A stretch of DNA of 64,000 nucleotides from the human T2T-CHM13v2.0 reference genome, Homo sapiens: assembly GCF_009914755.1 (NCBI RefSeq), contig NC_060937.1; one strand, written 5' to 3'. This document shows positions 14,571 through 27,300 of the stretch, in pieces. Position 1 is the stretch's first letter; every line of letters starts with the position of its first letter. Made by a program: the position numbers and the translations under genes. The notes under the pieces are model-generated. The model searched no databases and was not told where the DNA came from. It saw only the letters and a list, made by a program, of their open reading frames with translations.

Positions 14571-15248
14571 TCAAAGCGCTCCAAATGTCCACATCCAGAT
14601 ACTCCAGAAAGAGTGTTTCAAACCTGCTCTATGAAAGGGAATCTTCAACTCTATGAGTTGAATGCAGACATCAGAAAGAAATTTCTGAGAATGCTGCTGT
14701 CTACCTTTTATTTGAACTCCCGCTTCCAACGAAATCCTCCAAGCTATCCAAATATCCACTTGCATTTTCCACAAAAAGAGTGCTTCAAAACTGCTCTATC
14801 AATAAATGTTCAACTCCTTTAGCTGGGTGCACACATCACAAACAAGTTTCTGAGAATGCTTCTGTCTAGTTTTTATGGGAAGACATTCCCTTTTTCACCA
14901 AAGGCATCAAAGCGCTCCAAATGTCCACTTCCAGACACTACAAAAAGAGTGTTTCCAACGTGCTCTAAGAAAGCGAATGTTCAACTCTGTGACTTGAATG
15001 CAGATATCACAAAGTAGTTTCTGAGAGGGCTTCTGTCTAGATTTTAGATGATGATATTCCCGTTTCCAACGAAATCATTAGAGCTATCCAAATATCCACT
15101 TACGGTTTCTACAAAAAGAGTGTTTCCAAACTGCTGCATCAAAAGAGAGGTTCCACTCTGTTAGCTGAGTACACACATCACAAACTTGTTTCTCAGAATC
15201 CTTCTGTGTCGTTTTTATGGGAAGATATTTACTTTTTCACCGTAGGCA
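14571..15248 (-). repeat. 678-bp variant 4-monomer block (4'), copy 1
   Basis: It carries gaaCtc (14717), gagtgCttc, a 2-bp deletion (aataaatgtt) and tttAgctgggtGcac. Confidence 0.92.
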
Positions 15249-17628
15249 TCAAAGCGCTCCAAATGTCCACATCCAGATACTCCAGAAAGAGTGTTTCAAA
15301 CCTGCTCTATGAAAGGGAATCTTCAACTCTATGAGTTGAATGCAGACATCAGAAAGAAATTTCTGAGAATGCTGCTGTCTACCTTTTATTTGAATTCCCG
15401 CTTCCAACGAAATCCTCCAAGCTATCCAAATATCCACTTGCAGATTCCACAAAAAGAGTGTTTCAAAACTGCTCTCTATCAATGGCAAAGTTCAACTCTG
15501 TTAGTTGAGGACACATATCACCAACAAGTTTCTGAGAATGCTTCTGTCTATTTTTTATGGGAAGATATTTCCTTTTTCACCGTAGGCGTCAAGGCGATCG
15601 AAATGTCCACTTCCACAAACTACAAAAAGAGTGTTTCAAACCTGCTCTATGAAAGGCCATGTTCATCTCTATGAGTCGAATGGAAATATCCGAAAGAAAT
15701 TTCTGGGAATGCTGCTGTCTAGTTTTTATACGAATTCCCGCTTCCAACGAAATCCTCAAAGCAATCCAAATATCCACTTGCAGAATCCACAAAAAGAGTG
15801 TTTCAAAACTGCTCTATCAATAGAAAGGTTCAACTCTTTTAGTTGAGTACACACATCACAAACAAGTTTCTGAGAATGCTTCTGTCTGGCTTTTATCGGA
15901 AGACGTTTCCTTTTCACCAAAGGCATCAAAGCGCTCCAAATGTCCACTTCCAGATTCTTCCAAAAGAGTGTTTGAAACGTGCTCAAAGTAAGGGAATGTT
16001 CAACTCTGTGACTTGAATGCAGATATCACCAAGTAGTTTCTAATAGTGCTTCTGTCTAGATTTTAGATGATGATATTCCCGTTTCCAACGAAATCGTTAG
16101 AGCTATCCAAATATCCACTTACAGTTGCTACAAAAACAGTGTTTCCAAACTGCTGCATCAAAAGAAAGGTTCAACTCTGTTAGTTGAGGACACACATCAC
16201 AAAGAAGTTTGTGAGAATGCTTCTGTCTAGATTTTGTATGACGATATTCCCTTTTCCAACGATATCGTTAAAGCAATCTAAATATCCATTTGCAGAATCC
16301 ACAAAAATAGAGTTTCAAAGCTGCTCTGTAAAAAGAAAGGTTCCACTCTGTTAGCTGAGTACACACATCGCAAACTTGTTTCTCAGAATCCTTCTGTCTC
16401 GTTTTTATGGGAAGATATTTACTTTTTCACCGTAGGCATCAAAGCGCTCCAAATGTCCACATCCAGATACTCCAGAAAGAGTGTTTCAAACCTGCTCTAT
16501 GAAAGGGAATCTTCAACTCTATGAGTTGAATGCAGACATCAGAAAGAAATTTCTGAGAATGCTGCTGTCTACCTTTTATTTGAATTCCCGCTTCCAACGA
16601 AATCCTCCAAGCTATCCAAATATCCACTTGCAGATTCCACAAAAAGAGTGTTTCAAAACTGCTCTCTATCAATGGCAAAGTTCAACTCTGTTAGTTGAGG
16701 ACACATATCACCAACAAGTTTCTGAGAATGCTTCTGTCTATTTTTTATGGGAAGATATTTCCTTTTTCACCGTAGGCGTCAAGGCGATCGAAATGTCCAC
16801 TTCCACAAACTACAAAAAGAGTGTTTCAAACCTGCTCTATGAAAGGCCATGTTCATCTCTATGAGTCGAATGGAAATATCCGAAAGAAATTTCTGGGAAT
16901 GCTGCTGTCTAGTTTTTATACGAATTCCCGCTTCCAACGAAATCCTCAAAGCAATCCAAATATCCACTTGCAGAATCCACAAAAAGAGTGTTTCAAAACT
17001 GCTCTATCAATAGAAAGGTTCAACTCTTTTAGTTGAGTACACACATCACAAACAAGTTTCTGAGAATGCTTCTGTCTGGCTTTTATTGGAAGACGTTTCC
17101 TTTTCACCAAAGGCATCAAAGCGCTCCAAATGTCCACTTCCAGATTCTTCCAAAAGAGTGTTTGAAACGTGCTCAAAGTAAGGGAATGTTCAACTCTGTG
17201 ACTTGAATGCAGATATCACCAAGTAGTTTCTAATAGTGCTTCTGTCTAGATTTTAGATGATGATATTCCCGTTTCCAACGAAATCGTTAGAGCTATCCAA
17301 ATATCCACTTACAGTTTCTACAAAAAGAGTGTTTCCAAACTGCTGCATCAAAAGAAAGGTTCAACTCTGTTAGTTGAGGACACACATCACAAAGAAGTTT
17401 GTGAGAATGCTTCTGTCTAGATTTTGTATGACCATATTCCCTTTTCCAGCGATATCATTAAAGCAATCTAAATATCCATTTGCAGAATCCACAAAAATAG
17501 AGTTTCAAAGCTGCTCTGTAAAAAGAAAGGTTCCACTCTGTTAGCTGAGTACACACATCACAAACTTGTTTCTCAGAATCCTTCTGTCTCGTTTTTCTGG
17601 GAAGATATTTACTTTTTCACCGTAGGCA

Positions 17629-18306
17629 TCAAAGCGCTCCAAATGTCCACATCCAGATACTCCAGAAAGAGTGTTTCAAACCTGCTCTATGAAAGGGAAT
17701 CTTCAACTCTATGAGTTGAATGCAGACATCAGAAAGAAATTTCTGAGAATGCTGCTGTCTACCTTTTATTTGAACTCCCGCTTCCAACGAAATCCTCCAA
17801 GCTATCCAAATATCCACTTGCATTTTCCACAAAAAGAGTGCTTCAAAACTGCTCTATCAATAAATGTTCAACTCCTTTAGCTGGGTGCACACATCACAAA
17901 CAAGTTTCTGAGAATGCTTCTGTCTAGTTTTTATGGGAAGACATTCCCTTTTTCACCAAAGGCATCAAAGCGCTCCAAATGTCCACTTCCAGACACTACA
18001 AAAAGAGTGTTTCCAACGTGCTCTAAGAAAGCGAATGTTCAACTCTGTGACTTGAATGCAGATATCACAAAGTAGTTTCTGAGAGGGCTTCTGTCTAGAT
18101 TTTAGATGATGATATTCCCGTTTCCAACGAAATCATTAGAGCTATCCAAATATCCACTTACGGTTTCTACAAAAAGAGTGTTTCCAAACTGCTGCATCAA
18201 AAGAGAGGTTCCACTCTGTTAGCTGAGTACACACATCACAAACTTGTTTCTGAGAATCCTTCTGTGTCGTTTTTATGGGAAGATATTTACTTTTTCACCG
18301 TAGGCA
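17629..18306 (-). repeat. 678-bp variant 4-monomer block (4'), copy 2
   Basis: Same diagnostic changes as 14571-15248. Confidence 0.92.
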
Positions 18307-21300
18307 TCAAAGCGCTCCAAATGTCCACATCCAGATACTCCAGAAAGAGTGTTTCAAACCTGCTCTATGAAAGGGAATCTTCAACTCTATGAGTTGAATG
18401 CAGACATCAGAAAGAAATTTCTGAGAATGCTGCTGTCTACCTTTTATTTGAATTCCCGCTTCCAACGAAATCCTCCAAGCTATCCAAATATCCACTTGCA
18501 GATTCCACAAAAAGAGTGTTTCAAAACTGCTCTCTATCAATGGCAAAGTTCAACTCTGTTAGTTGAGGACACATATCACCAACAAGTTTCTGAGAATGCT
18601 TCTGTCTATTTTTTATGGGAAGATATTTCCTTTTTCACCGTAGGCGTCAAGGCGATCGAAATGTCCACTTCCACAAACTACAAAAAGAGTGTTTCAAACC
18701 TGCTCTATGAAAGGCCATGTTCATCTCTATGAGTCGAATGGAAATATCCGAAAGAAATTTCTGGGAATGCTGCTGTCTAGTTTTTATACGAATTCCCGCT
18801 TCCAACGAAATCCTCAAAGCAATCCAAATATCCACTTGCAGAATCCACAAAAAGAGTGTTTCAAAACTGCTCTATCAATAGAAAGGTTCAACTCTTTTAG
18901 TTGAGTACACACATCACAAACAAGTTTCTGAGAATGCTTCTGTCTGGCTTTTATTGGAAGACGTTTCCTTTTCACCAAAGGCATCAAAGCGCTCCAAATG
19001 TCCACTTCCAGATTCTTCCAAAAGAGTGTTTGAAACGTGCTCAAAGTAAGGGAATGTTCAACTCTGTGACTTGAATGCAGATATCACCAAGTAGTTTCTA
19101 ATAGTGCTTCTGTCTAGATTTTAGATGATGATATTCCCGTTTCCAACGAAATCGTTAGAGCTATCCAAATATCCACTTACAGTTGCTACAAAAACAGTGT
19201 TTCCAAACTGCTGCATCAAAAGAAAGGTTCAACTCTGTTAGTTGAGGACACACATCACAAAGAAGTTTGTGAGAATGCTTCTGTCTAGATTTTGTATGAC
19301 GATATTCCCTTTTCCAACGATATCGTTAAAGCAATCTAAATATCCATTTGCAGAATCCACAAAAATAGAGTTTCAAAGCTGCTCTGTAAAAAGAAAGGTT
19401 CCACTCTGTTAGCTGAGTACACACATCGCAAACTTGTTTCTCAGAATCCTTCTGTCTCGTTTTTATGGGAAGATATTTACTTTTTCACCGTAGGCATCAA
19501 AGCGCTCCAAATGTCCACATCCAGATACTCCAGAAAGAGTGTTTCAAACCTGCTCTATGAAAGGGAATCTTCAACTCTATGAGTTGAATGCAGACATCAG
19601 AAAGAAATTTCTGAGAATGCTGCTGTCTACCTTTTATTTGAATTCCCGCTTCCAACGAAATCCTCCAAGCTATCCAAATATCCACTTGCAGATTCCACAA
19701 AAAGAGTGTTTCAAAACTGCTCTCTATCAATGGCAAAGTTCAACTCTGTTAGTTGAGGACACATATCACCAACAAGTTTCTGAGAATGCTTCTGTCTATT
19801 TTTTATGGGAAGATATTTCCTTTTTCACCGTAGGCGTCAAGGCGATCGAAATGTCCACTTCCACAAACTACAAAAAGAGTGTTTCAAACCTGCTCTATGA
19901 AAGGCCATGTTCATCTCTATGAGTCGAATGGAAATATCCGAAAGAAATTTCTGGGAATGCTGCTGTCTAGTTTTTATACGAATTCCCGCTTCCAACGAAA
20001 TCCTCAAAGCAATCCAAATATCCACTTGCAGAATCCACAAAAAGAGTGTTTCAAAACTGCTCTATCAATAGAAAGGTTCAACTCTTTTAGTTGAGTACAC
20101 ACATCACAAACAAGTTTCTGAGAATGCTTCTGTCTGGCTTTTATTGGAAGACGTTTGCTTTTCACCAAAGGCATCAAAGCGCTCCAAATGTCCACTTCCA
20201 GATTCTTCCAAAAGAGTGTTTGAAACGTGCTCAAAGTAAGGGAATGTTCAACTCTGTGACTTGAATGCAGATATCACCAAGTAGTTTCTAATAGTGCTTC
20301 TGTCTAGATTTTAGATGATGATATTCCCGTTTCCAACGAAATCGTTAGAGCTATCCAAATATCCACTTACAGTTGCTACAAAAACAGTGTTTCCAAACTG
20401 CTGCATCAAAAGAAAGGTTCAACTCTGTTAGTTGAGGACACACGTCACAAAGAAGTTTGTGAGAATGCTTCTGTCTAGATTTTGTATGACGATATTCCCT
20501 TTTCCAACGATATCGTTAAAGCAATCTAAATATCCATTTGCAGAATCCACAAAAATAGAGTTTCAAAGCTGCTCTGTAAAAAGAAAGGTTCCACTCTGTT
20601 AGCTGAGTACACACATCACAAACTTGTTTCTCAGAATCCTTCTGTCTCGTTTTTCTGGGAAGATATTTACTTTTTCACCGTAGGCATCAAAGCGCTCCAA
20701 ATGTCCACATCCAGATACTCCAGAAAGAGTGTTTCAAACCTGCTCTATGAAAGGGAATCTTCAACTCTATGAGTTGAATGCAGACATCAGAAAGAAATTT
20801 CTGAGAATGCTGCTGTCTACCTTTTATTTGAATTCCCGCTTCCAACGAAATCCTCCAAGCTATCCAAATATCCACTTGCAGATTCCACAAAAAGAGTGTT
20901 TCAAAACTGCTCTCTATCAATGGCAAAGTTCAACTCTGTTAGTTGAGGACACATATCACCAACAAGTTTCTGAGAATGCTTCTGTCTATTTTTTATGGGA
21001 AGATATTTCCTTTTTCACCGTAGGCGTCAAGGCGATCGAAATGTCCACTTCCACAAACTACAAAAAGAGTGTTTCAAACCTGCTCTATGAAAGGCCATGT
21101 TCATCTCTATGAGTCGAATGGAAATATCCGAAAGAAATTTCTGGGAATGCTGCTGTCTAGTTTTTATACGAATTCCCGCTTCCAACGAAATCCTCAAAGC
21201 AATCCAAATATCCACTTGCAGAATCCACAAAAAGAGTGTTTCAAAACTGCTCTATCAATAGAAAGGTTCAACTCTTTTAGTTGAGTACACACATCACAAA

Positions 21301-24300
21301 CAAGTTTCTGAGAATGCTTCTGTCTGGCTTTTATTGGAAGACGTTTCCTTTTCACCAAAGGCATCAAAGCGCTCCAAATGTCCACTTCCAGATTCTTCCA
21401 AAAGAGTGTTTGAAACGTGCTCAAAGTAAGGGAATGTTCAACTCTGTGACTTGAATGCAGATATCACCAAGTAGTTTCTAATAGTGCTTCTGTCTAGATT
21501 TTAGATGATGATATTCCCGTTTCCAACGAAATCGTTAGAGCTATCCAAATATCCACTTACAGTTTCTACAAAAAGAGTGTTTCCAAACTGCTGCATCAAA
21601 AGAAAGGTTCAACTCTGTTAGTTGAGGACACACATCACAAAGAAGTTTGTGAGAATGCTTCTGTCTATATTTTGTATGACCATATTCCCTTTTCCAGCGA
21701 TATCATTAAAGCAATCTAAATATCCATTTGCAGAATCCACAAAAATAGAGTTTCAAAGCTGCTCTGTAAAAAGAAAGGTTCCACTCTGTTAGCTGAGTAC
21801 ACACATCACAAACTTGTTTCTCAGAATCCTTCTGTCTCGTTTTTATGGGAAGATATTTACTTTTTCACCGTAGGCATCAAAGCGCTCCAAATGTCCACAT
21901 CCAGATACTCCAGAAAGAGTGTTTCAAACCTGCTCTATGAAAGGGAATCTTCAACTCTATGAGTTGAATGCAGACATCAGAAAGAAATTTCTGAGAATGC
22001 TGCTGTCTACCTTTTATTTGAATTCCCGCTTCCAACGAAATCCTCCAAGCTATCCAAATATCCACCTGCATTTTCCACAAAAAGAGCGTTTCAAAACTGC
22101 TCTATCAATAGAAATGTTCAACTCCTTTGGCTGGGTACACACATCACAAACAAGTTTCTGAGAATGCTTCTGTCTAGTTTTTATGGGAAGACATTCCCTT
22201 TTTCACCAAAGGCATCAAAGCGCTCCAAATGTCCACTTCCAGACACTACAAAAAGAGTGTTTCCAACGTGCTCTAAGAAAGCGAATGTTCAACTCTGTGA
22301 CTTGAATGCAGATATCACAAAGTAGTTTCTGAGAGGGCTTCTGTCTAGATTTTAGATGATGATATTCCCGTTTCCAACGAAATCATTAGAGCTATCCAAA
22401 TATCCACTTACAGTTTCTACAAAAAGAGTGTTTCCAAACTGCTGCATCAAAAGAGAGGTTCCACTCTGTTAGCTGAGTACACACATCACAAACTTGTTTC
22501 TCAGAATCCTTCTGTCTCGTTTTTCTGGGAAGATATTTACTTTTTCACCGTAGGCATCAAAGCGCTCCAAATGTCCACATCCAGATACTCCAGAAAGAGT
22601 GTTTCAAACCTGCTCTATGAAAGGGAATCTTCAACTCTATGAGTTGAATGCAGACATCAGAAAGAAATTTCTGAGAATGCTGCTGTCTACCTTTTATTTG
22701 AATTCCCGCTTCCAACGAAATCCTCCAAGCTATCCAAATATCCACTTGCAGATTCCACAAAAAGAGTGTTTCAAAACTGCTCTCTATCAATGGCAAAGTT
22801 CAACTCTGTTAGTTGAGGACACATATCACCAACAAGTTTCTGAGAATGCTTCTGTCTATTTTTTATGGGAAGATATTTCCTTTTTCACCGTAGGCGTCAA
22901 GGCGATCGAAATGTCCACTTCCACAAACTACAAAAAGAGTGTTTCAAACCTGCTCTATGAAAGGCCATGTTCATCTCTATGAGTCGAATGGAAATATCCG
23001 AAAGAAATTTCTGGGAATGCTGCTGTCTAGTTTTTATACGAATTCCCGCTTCCAACGAAATCCTCAAAGCAATCCAAATATCCACTTGCAGAATCCACAA
23101 AAAGAGTGTTTCAAAACTGCTCTATCAATAGAAAGGTTCAACTCTTTTAGTTGAGTACACACATCACAAACAAGTTTCTGAGAATGCTTCTGTCTGGCTT
23201 TTATTGGAAGACGTTTCCTTTTCACCAAAGGCATCAAAGCGCTCCAAATGTCCACTTCCAGATTCTTCCAAAAGAGTGTTTGAAACGTGCTCAAAGTAAG
23301 GGAATGTTCAACTCTGTGACTTGAATGCAGATATCACCAAGTAGTTTCTAATAGTGCTTCTGTCTAGATTTTAGATGATGATATTCCCGTTTCCAACGAA
23401 ATCGTTAGAGCTATCCAAATATCCACTTACAGTTGCTACAAAAACAGTGTTTCCAAACTGCTGCATCAAAAGAAAGGTTCAACTCTGTTAGTTGAGGACA
23501 CACATCACAAAGAAGTTTGTGAGAATGCTTCTGTCTAGATTTTGTATGACGATATTCCCTTTTCCAACGATATCATTAAAGCAATCTAAATATCCATTTG
23601 CAGAATCCACAAAAATAGAGTTTCAAAGCTGCTCTGTAAAAAGAAAGGTTCCACTCTGTTAGCTGAGTACACACATCACAAACTTGTTTCTCAGAATCCT
23701 TCTGTCTCGTTTTTCTGGGAAGATATTTACTTTTTCACCGTAGGCATCAAAGCGCTCCAAATGTCCACATCCAGATACTCCAGAAAGAGTGTTTCAAACC
23801 TGCTCTATGAAAGGGAATCTTCAACTCTATGAGTTGAATGCAGACATCAGAAAGAAATTTCTGAGAATGCTGCTGTCTACCTTTTATTTGAATTCCCGCT
23901 TCCAACGAAATCCTCCAAGCTATCCAAATATCCACTTGCAGATTCCACAAAAAGAGTGTTTCAAAACTGCTCTCTATCAATGGCAAAGTTCAACTCTGTT
24001 AGTTGAGGACACATATCACCAACAAGTTTCTGAGAATGCTTCTGTCTATTTTTTATGGGAAGATATTTCCTTTTTCACCGTAGGCGTCAAGGCGATCGAA
24101 ATGTCCACTTCCACAAACTACAAAAAGAGTGTTTCAAACCTGCTCTATGAAAGGCCATGTTCATCTCTATGAGTCGAATGGAAATATCCGAAAGAAATTT
24201 CTGGGAATGCTGCTGTCTAGTTTTTATACGAATTCCCGCTTCCAACGAAATCCTCAAAGCAATCCAAATATCCACTTGCAGAATCCACAAAAAGAGTGTT

Positions 24301-27300
24301 TCAAAACTGCTCTATCAATAGAAAGGTTCAACTCTTTTAGTTGAGTACACACATCACAAACAAGTTTCTGAGAATGCTTCTGTCTGGCTTTTATTGGAAG
24401 ACGTTTCCTTTTCACCAAAGGCATCAAAGCACTCCAAATGTCCACTTCCAGATTCTTCCAAAAGAGTGTTTGAAACGTGCTCAAAGTAAGGGAATGTTCA
24501 ACTCTGTGACTTGAATGCAGATATCACCAAGTAGTTTCTAATAGTGCTTCTGTCTAGATTTTAGATGATGATATTCCCGTTTCCAACGAAATCGTTAGAG
24601 CTATCCAAATATCCACTTACAGTTTCTACAAAAAGAGTGTTTCCAAACTGCTGCATCAAAAGAAAGGTTCAACTCTGTTAGTTGAGGACACACATCACAA
24701 AGAAGTTTGTGAGAATGCTTCTGTCTATATTTTGTATGACCATATTCCCTTTTCCAGCGATATCATTAAAGCAATCTAAATATCCATTTGCAGAATCCAC
24801 AAAAATAGAGTTTCAAAGCTGCTCTGTAAAAAGAAAGGTTCCACTCTGTTAGCTGAGTACACACATCACAAACTTGTTTCTCAGAATCCTTCTGTCTCGT
24901 TTTTCTGGGAAGATATTTACTTTTTCACCGTAGGCATCAAAGCGCTCCAAATGTCCACATCCAGATACTCCAGAAAGAGTGTTTCAAACCTGCTCTATGA
25001 AAGGGAATCTTCAACTCTATGAGTTGAATGCAGACATCAGAAAGAAATTTCTGAGAATGCTGCTGTCTACCTTTTATTTGAATTCCCGCTTCCAACGAAA
25101 TCCTCCAAGCTATCCAAATATCCACCTGCATTTTCCACAAAAAGAGCGTTTCAAAACTGCTCTATCAATAGAAATGTTCAACTCCTTTGGCTGGGTACAC
25201 ACATCACAAACAAGTTTCTGAGAATGCTTCTGTCTAGTTTTTATGGGAAGACATTCCCTTTTTCACCAAAGGCATCAAAGCGCTCCAAATGTCCACTTCC
25301 AGACACTACAAAAAGAGTGTTTCCAACGTGCTCTAAGAAAGCGAATGTTCAACTCTGTGACTTGAATGCAGATATCACAAAGTAGTTTCTGAGAGGGCTT
25401 CTGTCTAGATTTTAGATGATGATATTCCCGTTTCCAACGAAATCATTAGAGCTATCCAAATATCCACTTACAGTTTCTACAAAAAGAGTGTTTCCAAACT
25501 GCTGCATCAAAAGAGAGGTTCCACTCTGTTAGCTGAGTACACACATCACAAACTTGTTTCTCAGAATCCTTCTGTCTCGTTTTTCTGGGAAGATATTTAC
25601 TTTTTCACCGTAGGCATCAAAGCGCTCCAAATGTCCACATCCAGATACTCCAGAAAGAGTGTTTCAAACCTGCTCTATGAAAGGGAATCTTCAACTCTAT
25701 GAGTTGAATGCAGACATCAGAAAGAAATTTCTGAGAATGCTGCTGTCTACCTTTTATTTGAATTCCCGCTTCCAACGAAATCCTCCAAGCTATCCAAATA
25801 TCCACTTGCAGATTCCACAAAAAGAGTGTTTCAAAACTGCTCTCTATCAATGGCAAAGTTCAACTCTGTTAGTTGAGGACACATATCACCAACAAGTTTC
25901 TGAGAATGCTTCTGTCTATTTTTTATGGGAAGATATTTCCTTTTTCACCGTAGGCGTCAAGGCGATCGAAATGTCCACTTCCACAAACTACAAAAAGAGT
26001 GTTTCAAACCTGCTCTATGAAAGGCCATGTTCATCTCTATGAGTCGAATGGAAATATCCGAAAGAAATTTCTGGGAATGCTGCTGTCTAGTTTTTATACG
26101 AATTCCCGCTTCCAACGAAATCCTCAAAGCAATCCAAATATCCACTTGCAGAATCCACAAAAAGAGTGTTTCAAAACTGCTCTATCAATAGAAAGGTTCA
26201 ACTCTTTTAGTTGAGTACACACATCACAAACAAGTTTCTGAGAATGCTTCTGTCTGGCTTTTATTGGAAGACGTTTCCTTTTCACCAAAGGCATCAAAGC
26301 GCTCCAAATGTCCACTTCCAGATTCTTCCAAAAGAGTGTTTGAAACGTGCTCAAAGTAAGGGAATGTTCAACTCTGTGACTTGAATGCAGATATCACCAA
26401 GTAGTTTCTAATAGTGCTTCTGTCTAGATTTTAGATGATGATATTCCCGTTTCCAACGAAATCGTTAGAGCTATCCAAATATCCACTTACAGTTGCTACA
26501 AAAACAGTGTTTCCAAACTGCTGCATCAAAAGAAAGGTTCAACTCTGTTAGTTGAGGACACACATCACAAAGAAGTTTGTGAGAATGCTTCTGTCTAGAT
26601 TTTGTATGACCATATTCCCTTTTCCAGCGATATCATTAAAGCAATCTAAATATCCATTTGCAGAATCCACAAAAATAGAGTTTCAAAGCTGCTCTGTAAA
26701 AAGAAAGGTTCCACTCTGTTAGCTGAGTACACACATCACAAACTTGTTTCTCAGAATCCTTCTGTCTCGTTTTTATGGGAAGATATTTACTTTTTCACCG
26801 TAGGCATCAAAGCGCTCCAAATGTCCACATCCAGATACTCCAGAAAGAGTGTTTCAAACCTGCTCTATGAAAGGGAATCTTCAACTCTATGAGTTGAATG
26901 CAGACATCAGAAAGAAATTTCTGAGAATGCTGCTGTCTACCTTTTATTTGAATTCCCGCTTCCAACGAAATCCTCCAAGCTATCCAAATATCCACCTGCA
27001 TTTTCCACAAAAAGAGCGTTTCAAAACTGCTCTATCAATAGAAATGTTCAACTCCTTTGGCTGGGTACACACATCACAAACAAGTTTCTGAGAATGCTTC
27101 TGTCTAGTTTTTATGGGAAGACATTCCCTTTTTCACCAAAGGCATCAAAGCGCTCCAAATGTCCACTTCCAGACACTACAAAAAGAGTGTTTCCAACGTG
27201 CTCTAAGAAAGCGAATGTTCAACTCTGTGACTTGAATGCAGATATCACAAAGTAGTTTCTGAGAGGGCTTCTGTCTAGATTTTAGATGATGATATTCCCG

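Noticed and set aside
2414-24431. Isolated single-copy substitutions (e.g. 2414, 8172, 8279, 10142, 12609, 15897, 20157, 24431)
   Set aside because: They are ordinary singletons that cannot be distinguished from consensus errors and show no pattern.
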